This document shows positions 19,729 to 30,364 of a stretch of 64,000 nt of DNA, one piece after another; position 1 is the stretch's first letter; every line of letters begins with the position of its first letter. Location of the stretch: assembly GCA_028824685.1 (NCBI GenBank), contig JAPPCZ010000087.1, positions 25,915-89,914 of the forward strand, written 5' to 3'. The notes below the pieces were generated by a model, which did no database searches, was not told where the DNA came from, and saw only the letters and a list, made by a program, of their open reading frames with translations. This DNA comes from Candidatus Poribacteria bacterium (GTDB lineage: Bacteria > Poribacteria > WGA-4E > WGA-3G). A program made the position numbers and the translations under genes.

Positions 19729-20550
19729 TCATATAAACAGGTGAACACGGGAGTGTTCAGAAGTTGGCAACTTTTTGAAAACTTCTTGCCTGATTAACTC
19801 AGGTGTGTAACGGCGTGAAAAGTGATTTAGAACAATATACTCACTTTCAAAATGTTCTAACAGAGTTGGCAACATATCTAAATGCAAATGTTTCGTTTTT
19901 TTAGCTCGCTCACGATGCTCGGGTGTAATAAAAGTACATTCACAAATTAAAAGTTTGCACTGCTTGAGCAATGGATGCGCGTCAAGCGAAATGCCTCGTG
20001 TATCACCTAAATATGCTACCAACGGCAACTGTACTTCCTTTGTTATTTCAACCCCTGAAAGCTTGAGTGTCACGATTTCTCTTCCTGATAAATCGCGGTA
20101 TTCAGGCTTCAGTTTTTTGCGAACTTCACAAATCAGATAGGAAACAGCAGGGACACTATGGTTCCCTGGCAAAATGTGAGCAATTAAATTTCGCCGAAAC
20201 GGAAAAGAATCGCCTGCTTCTACTGGTGTAATCTGATAATTCCAATCCCGACCTGTGTCTAACGCAGAAATCCTGTTAAGGATGTTCTTCAATTGTTTGA
20301 ACCCGCTCAACGGAACATATATATTTCCAGGCGGCATTCCAGCAAGCCAACGTTGACTTATATAGATCGGTAACCCAAAATAGTGGTCAAGATGGAAATG
20401 AGAAATAAAAACATGGTTAGTCCCAATAAAATGCATCGGGCACCTACCCAGATCAAAAATCAGATCAAGTTCCTTTATCCTAATGTAAGTCGCTACAGCT
20501 GAACTTGATTTTCCTTCAAGTTTCCAGTTTCCACATTCTAACAATGGCAT
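19729..20550 (-). CDS. metallo-beta-lactamase-fold hydrolase (RNase Z-like)
   Basis: HFHLDHYFG (HxHxDH) motif. 273 aa. Confidence 0.6.
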   Translation of the reverse strand: MPLLECGNWKLEGKSSSAVATYIRIKELDLIFDLGRCPMHFIGTNHVFISHFHLDHYFGLPIYISQRWLAGMPPGNIYVPLSGFKQLKNILNRISALDTGRDWNYQITPVEAGDSFPFRRNLIAHILPGNHSVPAVSYLICEVRKKLKPEYRDLSGREIVTLKLSGVEITKEVQLPLVAYLGDTRGISLDAHPLLKQCKLLICECTFITPEHRERAKKTKHLHLDMLPTLLEHFESEYIVLNHFSRRYTPELIRQEVFKKLPTSEHSRVHLFI

Positions 20551-20619
20551 AGTAAATTATAGTGAAATCTAAATTATCTTTACAGTTCTTTATAGGTTAT
20601 ATGCGTTTGTAGTCGCGTA

Positions 20620-20670
20620 ATTCATTGCGCCTCTTCATGTAGGAGCGACCTCCTGGTCGCGACTTTAAAA
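20620..20670. repeat. palindromic module TGTAGGAGCGACCTCCTGGTCGCGAC
   Basis: Near-identical copy at 39565-39595. A hybrid copy (CTGTAGGAGCGATCTCCGAATCTCGAC) at 50560. Confidence 0.7.
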
Positions 20671-20770
20671 CTGTAGAACACTTTGCAAGTGCGGAGTGAC
20701 AATGTAAATTTAATTGTAAAATCTACCATAAAAGTAAATTTCGTTGCTTTCCTTTGGAGAATAAAAATAT

Positions 20771-21634
20771 ATGCATGTCAAAATCGGTATAATTGGCGGT
20801 AGCGGCTTCTATCAGATAGAAGGCTTAACCGACATTGAAACAATTGAAGTTGACACCCCTTTTGGAAAACCAAGTGATAAACTGATTTACGGTAATCTTG
20901 ATGGGCAACCAGTGGTTTTTCTGCCACGTCATGGTGTAGGACATCCACTTCTTCCCTCTGATATTAATGTCCGTGCCAATATTTTTGCCCTAAAATCGTT
21001 AGGTGTAGAATGGCTAATCTCCGTTAGCGCAGTAGGTAGCCTCAAACAAGAAATTGAACCACGCCACTTTGTTGTGCCAGATCAACTCTACGATCACACA
21101 AAAAACCGTGAATCAACTTTTTTTGGTGACGGTATTGCCGCCCATATTAGTCTTGCACACCCGTTCTGCTCCCCTCTAAGTACACTGTTATATTCAGCAG
21201 CAACAGAAGTCGGCGCGACCGTTCACAATGGCGGAACCTACATCTGTATGGAGGGACCAGCGTTTTCTACACAAGCAGAATCCAATGTATACCGACATCT
21301 CGGTTTTGACATTATCGGCATGACCGCCGCACCGGAAGCAAAACTGGCGCGCGAAGCAGAAATCTGTTACGCAGTCTTGGCATGTTCAACTGATTACGAT
21401 TGCTGGCATCCCGAACATGATCACGTTACCACTGAGATGATTCTGGATAACCTCCGATCCAATGTAGAGATTTCCAAACAAATAGTAAAAAATTTGGTCT
21501 CCAAAATTCCAGATGAACAACGGAATTGTGACTGTGCCAATGCCCTCCAATATGCTATTGCTACGCAACCGGACAAGATTCCAATTGCGAAACGACATCA
21601 GTTGAAACTTCTATTGGACAAGTACCTCACGTAA
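20771..21634 (+). CDS. mtnP: S-methyl-5'-thioadenosine phosphorylase (PNP family 2)
   Basis: MHVKIGIIGGSGFY...LPRHG... matches the family-2 purine nucleoside phosphorylase / MTAP pattern. 287 aa. Confidence 0.75.
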   Translation: MHVKIGIIGGSGFYQIEGLTDIETIEVDTPFGKPSDKLIYGNLDGQPVVFLPRHGVGHPLLPSDINVRANIFALKSLGVEWLISVSAVGSLKQEIEPRHFVVPDQLYDHTKNRESTFFGDGIAAHISLAHPFCSPLSTLLYSAATEVGATVHNGGTYICMEGPAFSTQAESNVYRHLGFDIIGMTAAPEAKLAREAEICYAVLACSTDYDCWHPEHDHVTTEMILDNLRSNVEISKQIVKNLVSKIPDEQRNCDCANALQYAIATQPDKIPIAKRHQLKLLLDKYLT

Positions 21635-22954
21635 CGTGTTGAAAATTTGATCTGCTTCCGATTCAGTGAGGATAAGAGGTGGCGCAATATAAATGATGTT
21701 CTCTGGTTCGTCAACTGCATGTCCGATTTTCCCAACAATAACGCCATTTTCTCTCAATTGCCCAACAATTTGGTTCGTTTTTGCAGTTTCAAGATGTGCG
21801 CCATCGGTTTGAATGAGTTCCACAGCAAGCATCAAACCTTTGCCTCGCACATCGCCGACAATAGGTAATGATTCCAAAGTCTTTAGTTTTTCAAGTAGAT
21901 AACTTCCTACCTTTTCAGCGTTTTCCCAGAGACGTTCTGATTGCAAAATTTTTAGGTTTGCCACGCCAGCGGCACACGCAACAGGATGTCCACCATAGGT
22001 ACAAACTTGCGCAAATTCTCGATTTTCATCAGAATCCCCAAGGAATGTGTTGAACACAGAAGTTGATGCAACACATGCACCGAGCGGGATATAACCACTT
22101 GTCAATCCCTTTGCAAGCGTGATGATATCAGGTTGCACGTCCCAATGCTCACAAGCAAACATCTTTCCTGTTCGTCCAAAACCTGTAATCACTTCATCAA
22201 GAATAAGTAACAAACCATAATCATCACAGATTTTTCGTAATTTAGGAAAGTAATCATCAGATGGCACAATTACACCACCACCACCGATAATAGGTTCTGC
22301 TATCACAGCAATCACGGTTTCGGGTCCTTCCGATTGAATTATCCGTTCAATGTCGTTTACGCACGCATCATTGCACGATTTTTCATCTAATCCGAGTGGA
22401 CAACGATAGCAATAGGGCGGAGCGGCATGATGGAATCCGGGTACCAGTGGTTCAAACGCTTTTCGTCTTCGTGCCTGTCCTGTTGCTGACATTGCACCAT
22501 AAGTAAAACCATGATAACCGCGATATCGACTTATTATCTTGTAGCGATTTTCTCCCGGATAGGTTTGCCTACCGTACTGACGCGCAATTTTAATTGCGGT
22601 TTCATTTGCTTCGGACCCGCTATTACAAAAATAGACATGGTTCAAATCGCCAGGAAGACATTCCGCTAACTGTTCTGCTAACTCAGTCGCAGGAACATTA
22701 ATTTGTGAATGTGGATAATAACACAATTCCTGTATTTGTGCATAGACCGCATCTGCAATTTCTTGTCTGCCGTACCCGACATTGACATTCCACAGTGCCG
22801 AATACGCATCTAAATATTCGTTCCCATCCGCATCTACCAGGGTTGTACCTTGTGCCGACTTAAAAACCAACAAATCCGTTTCGTCAAGACGTTGGTGTTG
22901 AAACAGTGGATGCCAAACATGTGCCTTATCAATTTCTTTATAATTTGCTGCCAT
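21611..22954 (-). CDS. class III (omega) aminotransferase, PLP-dependent
   Basis: [18 protein letters not shown] motif with the conserved Lys. 447 aa. Confidence 0.75.
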   Translation of the reverse strand: MAANYKEIDKAHVWHPLFQHQRLDETDLLVFKSAQGTTLVDADGNEYLDAYSALWNVNVGYGRQEIADAVYAQIQELCYYPHSQINVPATELAEQLAECLPGDLNHVYFCNSGSEANETAIKIARQYGRQTYPGENRYKIISRYRGYHGFTYGAMSATGQARRRKAFEPLVPGFHHAAPPYCYRCPLGLDEKSCNDACVNDIERIIQSEGPETVIAVIAEPIIGGGGVIVPSDDYFPKLRKICDDYGLLLILDEVITGFGRTGKMFACEHWDVQPDIITLAKGLTSGYIPLGACVASTSVFNTFLGDSDENREFAQVCTYGGHPVACAAGVANLKILQSERLWENAEKVGSYLLEKLKTLESLPIVGDVRGKGLMLAVELIQTDGAHLETAKTNQIVGQLRENGVIVGKIGHAVDEPENIIYIAPPLILTESEADQIFNTLREVLVQ

Positions 22955-22978
22955 TTATGGAAAATCTCCGTTAAAGTT

Positions 22979-24694
22979 TTACATTGATTCCGGTGCTGAA
23001 ATACCTAACAATCTCAACCCATTTGCTAACACCGTTTGCACACTCTGAATAAGGATGAGTCTTGCATAAGTCCGTTCCATATTTGAGGCATCAAGTACCC
23101 GATGCTGATTGTAATACGGATGGAATATGCCTGCTAATTCGTGTAGATAATGTGGAATACGGTGTGCTTCACGTTCCTCTGCACTGGACAAAACAATTGC
23201 TGGGAACTCGGCTAACTTTCGTATCAATTCGTGTTCATGCGCTTCGGTAAGCAGAGCAAGAGAAACTTCAGTACTCGGTTTCAACTCAATTTGCTGCTCT
23301 TTTCCCTGTTGAAAAATACTACAACATCGCGCGTGTGCATATTGTATGTAAAAAACAGGGTTTTCATTTGCTTGCGTAACCGCCAATTCGAGGTTGAAAT
23401 CAAGGTGCGAATTATTTGCGCGCATCAGGAAAAAGTATCGTGCTACATCTACAGCAAACCGTTCACCAACAGCATCCGCAAGTTCGTCAATGAGTGAATC
23501 AAGCGTCAAAAATTGCCCTTGCCGTTTCGACATATCCCGTCGATTACCATCAGAATCAACCAGATTCACTTGTTGAATAATATCAACTTCTAACCAGTCA
23601 TCTGCCAAACCGAGTGCTTTTACAAAGTTTTTCAATCTTGTTACATGCCCTTGATGGTCCGGTCCGAGCAGGTCAATAACTTTATCAAATCCGCGATCAA
23701 ATTTATCGTGATGATAGGCTGCATCTGGAACAAAATAGGTATATTCACCGTTGGTGCGGATTACGACACAATCTTTATCGTCTCCAAAATCTGTCATCCG
23801 AAACCATGTCGCCCCCTCTGCTTCGTAGAGATAATCCTTTTCACGAAACATCTCTATAATTTCGTCTGGTTTTCCACTGTCTCGGATTGCTTTTTCACTT
23901 GTCCACACATCAAAGTTAACACGAAAACGTTCCAAAGAGACTTTCTGTTGTCCAAGTAGGTGTTCAACCCCCTTATCTCGAAAAAGTTCAACCCGTTCTT
24001 CTTGGCTAAGTTTTAGATAGGCATCACCTTCCTCAGCGGCGATAGTTTGTGCGAACTCTTGCAAATATTCACCTTGATATCCACCCTCAGGAATTTCTAA
24101 GTTCTTTTCACCTAATGCTTGCCGATAGCGCACATCAATTGATTCCCCAAGTCGTTCAACTTGCCCACCCGCATCGTTGACATAATACTCACGAATAGCC
24201 TCATATCCCACTGCGTTTAATAGGTTAACAAGCGTATCACCAACTGCTGCAGCACGTCCACTTACAATGTTAAGCGGCCCTGTCGGATTTGCACTGACAA
24301 ATTCAATTTGAACCCGCTTTCCAATGCCTATTTCGCCACTTCCATAAGCGTCCTGTGCGTCTACAATTGTCTTGAGTGTATCGTCCAACCACTCATTAGA
24401 GAGATAGACATTAATAAAACCCGGTCCCGCGATTTCAAGATCACGGATATGCGGGCATTTATCACAATCAACATGCTTAACAATAATTTCGGCAATTGCT
24501 CGTGGTGCCATCTTGGCACTTTTTGCCAATCCCAATGCCACTGGAGTGGCTATATCACCATGTTCAGGGGTTTTAGTCGGCGAAAAAGGGATTTCGGGAA
24601 CGTCCGATATCGGAAGTTCCCCTGACTCAATTGCAGCACGAATCGCACCTTTTAATATATCGTAAATTTCTAATTTGATTTCATCCATATCCAC
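22979..24694 (-). CDS. argS: arginine--tRNA ligase
   Basis: 571 aa. N-terminal Arg-tRNA synthetase add-on domain, class I Rossmann core (SANPTGPLNIVSGRAA) and DMSKRQG (KMSKS-like). Confidence 0.85.
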   Translation of the reverse strand: MDMDEIKLEIYDILKGAIRAAIESGELPISDVPEIPFSPTKTPEHGDIATPVALGLAKSAKMAPRAIAEIIVKHVDCDKCPHIRDLEIAGPGFINVYLSNEWLDDTLKTIVDAQDAYGSGEIGIGKRVQIEFVSANPTGPLNIVSGRAAAVGDTLVNLLNAVGYEAIREYYVNDAGGQVERLGESIDVRYRQALGEKNLEIPEGGYQGEYLQEFAQTIAAEEGDAYLKLSQEERVELFRDKGVEHLLGQQKVSLERFRVNFDVWTSEKAIRDSGKPDEIIEMFREKDYLYEAEGATWFRMTDFGDDKDCVVIRTNGEYTYFVPDAAYHHDKFDRGFDKVIDLLGPDHQGHVTRLKNFVKALGLADDWLEVDIIQQVNLVDSDGNRRDMSKRQGQFLTLDSLIDELADAVGERFAVDVARYFFLMRANNSHLDFNLELAVTQANENPVFYIQYAHARCCSIFQQGKEQQIELKPSTEVSLALLTEAHEHELIRKLAEFPAIVLSSAEEREAHRIPHYLHELAGIFHPYYNQHRVLDASNMERTYARLILIQSVQTVLANGLRLLGISAPESM

Positions 24695-24954
24695 GAAACT
24701 TCCATTTATACCATTTTATTAGTTTGTGTTTTTCAGTAACCGAATTATATCACAACAAACACCTCAAGTCAATTTTCTTAATGAGTATCAAAAAAATGCA
24801 ATTCATCTGCATAGGGATAGCAGACATTCATAGCAAATTATAAACATCGGTAGGCCAATTGTCACAAATTATTCTGTTGCTAAGTTCTATTTCTAACGTT
24901 AATATATTGAAGTTTATAATTTAAAAACATTGTTGCTCGTATAACCATGTGTAA

Positions 24955-24988
24955 TTTTTCTCTACCGTATTGTGAATGTATGGTATAA
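24955..24988 (+). promoter_or_regulatory. extended -10 promoter for nrdJ
   Basis: TGGTATAAT at 24980-24988 within a roughly 430-bp AT-rich leader. Weak -35. Confidence 0.45.
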
Positions 24989-25140
24989 TATTTTTCATAG
25001 GAATTATTTCAATTTAAGATTATGTTCACATGGGTGTCTCAGCAAAATTCTTTGATAAAAATTAAAGTTTAACGGTTTCATTTACCTTGCCAAACTTTAA
25101 TTTTTCTGTTACAATTGAAGGCTAAATAGGAGGAATGATT

Positions 25141-28100
25141 ATGGCTGCTAACAATACCAAAGAACTTGGTGATGCAGCACAAAATCCGCTGGAAGGCGAT
25201 GGGACAGGACTTACCTTTGCTCGTCATTTTACGAAATCGGCGGTTCACCCATTTGATGAGATTGAATGGGAACGCCGCGATTCTGCTATTTATAATGAAA
25301 AAGGTAATGTCATTTTTAAACAGGACCAAGTTGAAGTGCCTACTTTTTGGACCCAACTTGCAACGGATATCGCTGCCTCAAAATATTTCCGAAAAGCGGG
25401 TGTTCCTGATGTAGAATCAGAGGACAGCGCACGTCAATTGGTTACCCGCGTCGCTCGTACACTTCGTCGTGCTGGTGAAGAAATCGGTGGTTATTTTGCT
25501 ACCGCTGATGACGCGGAAACGTTCGAAATGGAGTTAACACATATCCTTGTCACGCAGCGCGGTGCTTTTAATTCGCCGGTCTGGTTTAACTGCGGTTTAT
25601 GGCATGAATACGGGATTAAGGGCGCAGGTGGCAATTACCATTGGGATAGAGAAGAAAAACAAGTTAATATCACTCAAAACGCGTATCAATATCCACAAAA
25701 CTCAGCATGTTTTATCCAAAGTGTTGACGACTCTTTAGACTCGATGCTTGATCTGCAAAAGGCTGAGGTGAGACTCTTTAAATATGGAAGCGGAACGGGT
25801 TCTAATTTCAGCAAGGTTCGTGCAAAAGGCGAACACCTTTCCAGTGGCGGTGAAAGTTCTGGTGTGCTTTCATTTCTTGAAGGATTCGATAGATGGGCAG
25901 GTAGTATTAAGTCTGGTGGCACAACACGCCGCGCCGCAAAGATGGTCATTTTAGATATGGACCACCCGGAAATCGTTGACTATATTGACTGGAAGATGAA
26001 GGAAGAAGAGAAGGCGAAGACGCTCATTGCTGCTGGATATCCCGCTGACTTTAATGGTGAAGCGTACGGCACTGTCAGTGGACAGAACAGCAATAATTCC
26101 GTGCGGATTTCCGACATCTTCATGGAAGCCTATCTACAAGGAAAACCTTGGCAAACAACTTATCGTACCAGTGGTGAAGTTGCTGATGAGTATGAAGCGA
26201 AAACGTTGATGGAAAAGATCGCAGAAGCAGCATGGGCTTGTGCCGATCCGGGAGTCCAATTTGATGATACGATTCAGAAATGGCATACTTGTAAACAGAC
26301 AGATCGCATTTATGCAAGTAATCCTTGTAGCGAATATCTTTTCTTAGATGACTCGGCATGCAACCTCGCAAGCATAAATCTTGTCAAGTATCTCAATGAT
26401 GATGACACTTTTGACATTGACGGGTTCAGAGCAACCGCCCGTGTCTTTATCACTGCAATGGAAATCATTGTCAGTTTGTCTTCGTACCCGACTGCCAAAA
26501 TAGCCCGACGCTCTCATGAATATCGTCCTCTTGGACTTGGATTCGCCAACTTAGGCGCACTCTTAATGCGATTAGGTATTCCTTATGATAGTGCAGAAGC
26601 ATGCAGCTACGCAGGTGCTATTACTGCTATTTTAAGTGGACAAGGTTACCAAACGAGTGCTGAAATCGCAAAAAGTATTGGACCTTTCGCAGGATACGCT
26701 AAGAATCGGAATTCAATGTTAGGCGTTATCAACATGCATCGGGATGCAGCATACAAAATTGATGCCACAACTTGCCCGTCTGATCTTTTTGAGGCAGCGC
26801 GCGAAGACTGGGATATCTGCCAGCAAAAAGGCGAAAACTGGGGATACCGCAATTCGCAAATCAGTGTTATCGCACCAACGGGAACCATCGCGCTCCTAAT
26901 GGACTGTGATACAACTGGAATTGAACCAGAATTTGCACTCGTTAAATTCAAAAAATTGGCGGGTGGCGGTTATATCAAGATTGTGAATCAGAGTGTTCGA
27001 GACGCTCTGGAAAAACTTGGCTACATACCGCAACACATAGAAGCAATTGTCACGCATATTGTCGGAACAGGAACACTTGAAGGCACACCATATATCAATC
27101 CTGAATCCCTAAAATATAAAGGGTTCACTGAGGAAGATATTGAACGCGTTGAAGAGATGTTACCGAGTGCTTTTGACCTGAATCTCGCTTTCGCACCCGG
27201 TATTTTGGGGGAAGAATGTCTTGAAAGATTAGGCATCGCTGCTGATAAAGCTGCAGCTCCAGATTTCGAGCTGCTTACTTATCTTGGATTCAATCCAAGC
27301 GAAATTGCAACCGCAGAGGAAATTATATGTGGCACAGGTACTGTTGAAGGTGCACCACATCTGTCGTCCAAACACTACCCTGTTTTTGATTGTGCGGTGC
27401 AATCCGGTAAGCACGGCACCCGTTTTATTCACCACATGGGACCGCTGAAATTAATGGCGGCTGTACAGCCCTTCATCTCAGGTGCTATTTCAAAAACAGT
27501 TAATGTCCCGCGTGAAGCAACAGTTGACGACATCAAGGAACTTTATGTTGAAGCGTGGCGCCTCGGCGTGAAATGTCTCGCTATTTATCGTGATGGGAGC
27601 AAAGGCAGCCAACCGCTTTCAACCAGTAGCCAGCAAGACGCACAGGGTGAAACGAGCGAACGTCCTATTAGGAGACGTCTCGCAGATACCCGAGACTCAA
27701 GAACACATAAATTCAGTGTCGGTGGTCATGAGGGTTACATGCATGTCGGCTTTTTTGAAGATGGCACTCCAGGTGAAGTCTTCCTCACTATGAGTAAACA
27801 GGGGTCTACTATCTCAGGACTCATGGACTCTATTGCCATTCTCATCTCTGTCGCATTGCAATACGGCGTGCCGTTAGAGTCATTGGTTGACAAATTCAGC
27901 CATGTCCGATTTGAACCATCAGGATTTACCCAAGACCGTGATATTCCGATGGCAAAATCAATTGTTGATTATGTTTTCCGCTGGCTCGGAAAAGAGTTTC
28001 TCCAACAAGATAGCCAAGAAGACTCTGCTGGTGTTCTTGAGTTGGATGAACAGATGGCATTACCTGAAGAAATCCATCCGCCCGCACACGGCAATAACGG

Positions 28101-28248
28101 TGAATCAAATCCGTGGACTGATCGTGAGAGAATAATTACACTCCGACATGGAGACTCCCCGGCATGTCACGAGTGTGGCACAATTATGATCCGAAGCGGT
28201 ATCTGTTATCGTTGCACCAATTGCGGCGCAACGAGCGGCTGTTCATAA
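25141..28248 (+). CDS. nrdJ: ribonucleotide reductase class II (adenosylcobalamin-dependent)
   Basis: About 1035 aa. Active-site region SNPCSEY. C-terminal Cys cluster CHECGTIMIRSGICYRCTNCG typical of monomeric class II RNR. AGGAGG RBS before the ATG at 25141. Confidence 0.85.
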   Translation: MAANNTKELGDAAQNPLEGDGTGLTFARHFTKSAVHPFDEIEWERRDSAIYNEKGNVIFKQDQVEVPTFWTQLATDIAASKYFRKAGVPDVESEDSARQLVTRVARTLRRAGEEIGGYFATADDAETFEMELTHILVTQRGAFNSPVWFNCGLWHEYGIKGAGGNYHWDREEKQVNITQNAYQYPQNSACFIQSVDDSLDSMLDLQKAEVRLFKYGSGTGSNFSKVRAKGEHLSSGGESSGVLSFLEGFDRWAGSIKSGGTTRRAAKMVILDMDHPEIVDYIDWKMKEEEKAKTLIAAGYPADFNGEAYGTVSGQNSNNSVRISDIFMEAYLQGKPWQTTYRTSGEVADEYEAKTLMEKIAEAAWACADPGVQFDDTIQKWHTCKQTDRIYASNPCSEYLFLDDSACNLASINLVKYLNDDDTFDIDGFRATARVFITAMEIIVSLSSYPTAKIARRSHEYRPLGLGFANLGALLMRLGIPYDSAEACSYAGAITAILSGQGYQTSAEIAKSIGPFAGYAKNRNSMLGVINMHRDAAYKIDATTCPSDLFEAAREDWDICQQKGENWGYRNSQISVIAPTGTIALLMDCDTTGIEPEFALVKFKKLAGGGYIKIVNQSVRDALEKLGYIPQHIEAIVTHIVGTGTLEGTPYINPESLKYKGFTEEDIERVEEMLPSAFDLNLAFAPGILGEECLERLGIAADKAAAPDFELLTYLGFNPSEIATAEEIICGTGTVEGAPHLSSKHYPVFDCAVQSGKHGTRFIHHMGPLKLMAAVQPFISGAISKTVNVPREATVDDIKELYVEAWRLGVKCLAIYRDGSKGSQPLSTSSQQDAQGETSERPIRRRLADTRDSRTHKFSVGGHEGYMHVGFFEDGTPGEVFLTMSKQGSTISGLMDSIAILISVALQYGVPLESLVDKFSHVRFEPSGFTQDRDIPMAKSIVDYVFRWLGKEFLQQDSQEDSAGVLELDEQMALPEEIHPPAHGNNGESNPWTDRERIITLRHGDSPACHECGTIMIRSGICYRCTNCGATSGCS

Positions 28249-28267
28249 ATTTCCACTATGAATAAGT

Positions 28268-28318
28268 ATAGGACTTACGTAAACCAAAGCAAGGGTTCGC
28301 GTAAGTCCTATTATTTTT
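28268..28318 (+). terminator. rho-independent terminator after nrdJ
   Basis: TAGGACTTACG ... CGTAAGTCCTA 11-bp stem followed by TATTTTTAA. Confidence 0.7.
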
Positions 28319-28497
28319 AATATGTGTTTGACAAAGTTTGCAGATCAGGTAGAGCGCAGCGAAACCCTAATCAACGCTATGAATGCCTTTGGTAGAAAGC
28401 GCTTTTTGGCATTCTACATGATTCAGCGAGTGTCAATTTAGGAAAATATCTGTGTTATTGTGAACACCTCTAAATACTTGTGATTATTGTGATTGTC

Positions 28498-28720
28498 CCA
28501 TATTTAGTCCCGTAGGGACGAGATGTTTATAGCGCACCATAAAACACCCTTCTTTAGCTCCGTAGGAGCGACATATTCTGATGGATAAACGGATGTAACA
28601 ACATACCGCCCGACAAATGCCATACGCGCATTTGGCGTTGATTCACGGGCTCAAGAACATGTTCACCTTGTTTTCTATAAACATTGCGTCCCTGCGGGAC
28701 TGAAGGGGTTCCATATTTGG
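28498..28720. mobile_element. MITE-like palindromic element (imperfect ~35-bp TIR CCATATTTAGTCCCGTAGGGACGAGATGTTTATAG)
   Basis: The ends are inverted copies of the TAGTCCCGTAGGGACG...TGTTTATAG module. Interior carries GCCATACGCGCATTTGGCGTTGATTCAC. Flanked at a distance by the 22-bp direct repeats GTAGAGCGCAGCGAAACCCTAATC (28349) and CTAGAGCGTAGCGAAACCTAATAC (28746). Confidence 0.6.
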
Positions 28721-28910
28721 AAAACCCTTAAATTGGCACTTATGGCTAGAGCGTAGCGAAACCTAATACTCTTGTAGGAGGCGTTTGCAACGCCGATAAA
28801 TCGGACTTTCAAAGTCCTACCACAAGAAGATCTTATGAGAATTGTACAGCTCTGAAATGTCTGTAAATTCATATTGCCCATTAGGCATAAATATGGTATC
28901 CTTAAAAGAC

Positions 28911-29254
28911 GCTTGAGTTGAGTAGATGGTCGCGTCCCATAATGGGATGAGGAAAGTCCGGACTCCGTAGGGCAGGGTGCTGGGTAACCCCCAGGAGCGG
29001 TAACGCTATGGAAAGTGCAACAGAAAATAGACTACAACGTATTAAAACGTTGTACAGGTGAAACGGTGCGGTAAAAGCGCACCAGTCCATAAGGTGACTT
29101 ATGGTGCTGGCAAACCCCATCTGGAGCAAGGTAAAATGTGGACATTTAGAGGTGTGCCCGCCTCGTCCCGGGTAACCGCTTGAGGTTAATGGCAACATTG
29201 ATCCCAGATGAATGATCATCATATACAGAATCCGGCTTATTCTCAACTCAAGCC
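28911..29254 (+). ncRNA. rnpB: RNase P RNA, bacterial type A
   Basis: Universally conserved GGAAAGTCCGG...AGGGCAGGGTGCTGGGTAAC, GTGCAACAGAAA, GGTGCGGTAAAAGCGCACC, AGATGAATGA and ACAGAATCCGGCTTA. P1 helix pairs GCTTGAGTTGAG (28911) with CTCAACTCAAGC (29243-29254). Confidence 0.92.
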
Positions 29255-29311
29255 AATGAATAAGAAATTCACTTACAAATTACCTTCTCACATAATTTCA
29301 ACTGAGATATT

Positions 29312-30253
29312 ATGGTCGCTAAAGTCGATTCTGACCTTTTTGAGGCCTCCTTAAGAGTCTTATTTTTAAATACACTCAGAAGTCGAGGCAAGTACAAATA
29401 TGCACGTTATAGAGGGCTCCCACTAAGGTATGCTGGCGGGAAAAGTCTTGGTGTAGGACATATAATAGAGCAACTTCCTGATGGACTTGAAAAACTTGTA
29501 TCTCCATTTATAGGAGGCGGTGCCGTTGAAATTGCTTGTGCTAAAGAACTCAACATACAAGTTTGTGCTTATGACATTTTTGATATTCTCGTAAACTATT
29601 GGCAAGTACAACTTTCGTTAGGTAGTGCACTCGCAAAACGACTTGAACAGTGGCAACCCACAAAAACACAATATACAAAGGTTAAGAATAGACTCAAAGC
29701 ACATTGGAATAGTGAAAAACTTATTTCTGAACCCTTAGAATTGGCAGCACATTATTGGTTTAATCACAATCTCTCCTACGGTCCCGGTTTTCTTGGGTGG
29801 ATGTCTAAAATTTATGAATCTCCAGAGAGATATATCCGCACATTAGAGACAGTACGTAATTTCAGATGTCCAAACTTGTCTGTCCATACAGGCAGATTTG
29901 AGGAAACCCTTCCAACACATTCAAATGACTTTCTATATTGCGATCCCCCCTACTATCTTGATGAAGGGGAAATGTTCCGAGGTATCTATCCACAACGAAA
30001 TTTTCCTGTTCATCACAAAGGTTTTAACCATGAATTGCTGCGCGACCTGCTCCACAATCACATGGGAGGTTTTGTCCTTTCGTATAACGATTGCCAAACT
30101 ATTCGCCAATGGTACACTGACTTCCAGATTCTTGAAGTCCAATGGCAGTACACATTGGGACAAGGTGAAACCCGCATCGGTAAGAATCGGATTGAAAATG
30201 GGACAGGACATGTCAAGCAGTCTCATGAACTTTTAATTGTAAAGGATAGCTAA
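29312..30253 (+). CDS. DNA adenine (N6) methyltransferase, Dam-like D12 class
   Basis: DPPY motif (CDPPYYLDE). 313 aa. No restriction endonuclease gene adjacent (orphan). Confidence 0.7.
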   Translation: MVAKVDSDLFEASLRVLFLNTLRSRGKYKYARYRGLPLRYAGGKSLGVGHIIEQLPDGLEKLVSPFIGGGAVEIACAKELNIQVCAYDIFDILVNYWQVQLSLGSALAKRLEQWQPTKTQYTKVKNRLKAHWNSEKLISEPLELAAHYWFNHNLSYGPGFLGWMSKIYESPERYIRTLETVRNFRCPNLSVHTGRFEETLPTHSNDFLYCDPPYYLDEGEMFRGIYPQRNFPVHHKGFNHELLRDLLHNHMGGFVLSYNDCQTIRQWYTDFQILEVQWQYTLGQGETRIGKNRIENGTGHVKQSHELLIVKDS

Positions 30254-30364
30254 AGTTACACAACCAATCCTACATAACTGCCAGTTTCTTTGACATTCTA
30301 TGGAATTATACGGTATTATAATGTTATCAAAAACACATAAGATAAAACAAAACAATTCAATAAA

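Noticed and set aside
24695-25140. NrdR box or cobalamin riboswitch in the nrdJ leader
   Set aside because: By eye there is no 16-bp ACACwATATwTwGTGT-type palindrome and no recognisable B12-box. It is left as an open question in the findings.
28902-29246. 114-aa minus-strand ORF
   Set aside because: It lies entirely within the RNase P RNA gene, so it is spurious.
30288-30323. Promoter upstream of the DUF1592 gene (TTGACA at 30289)
   Set aside because: No acceptable -10 hexamer at 16-19-nt spacing. TATTAT and TATAAT lie 20-23 nt away.
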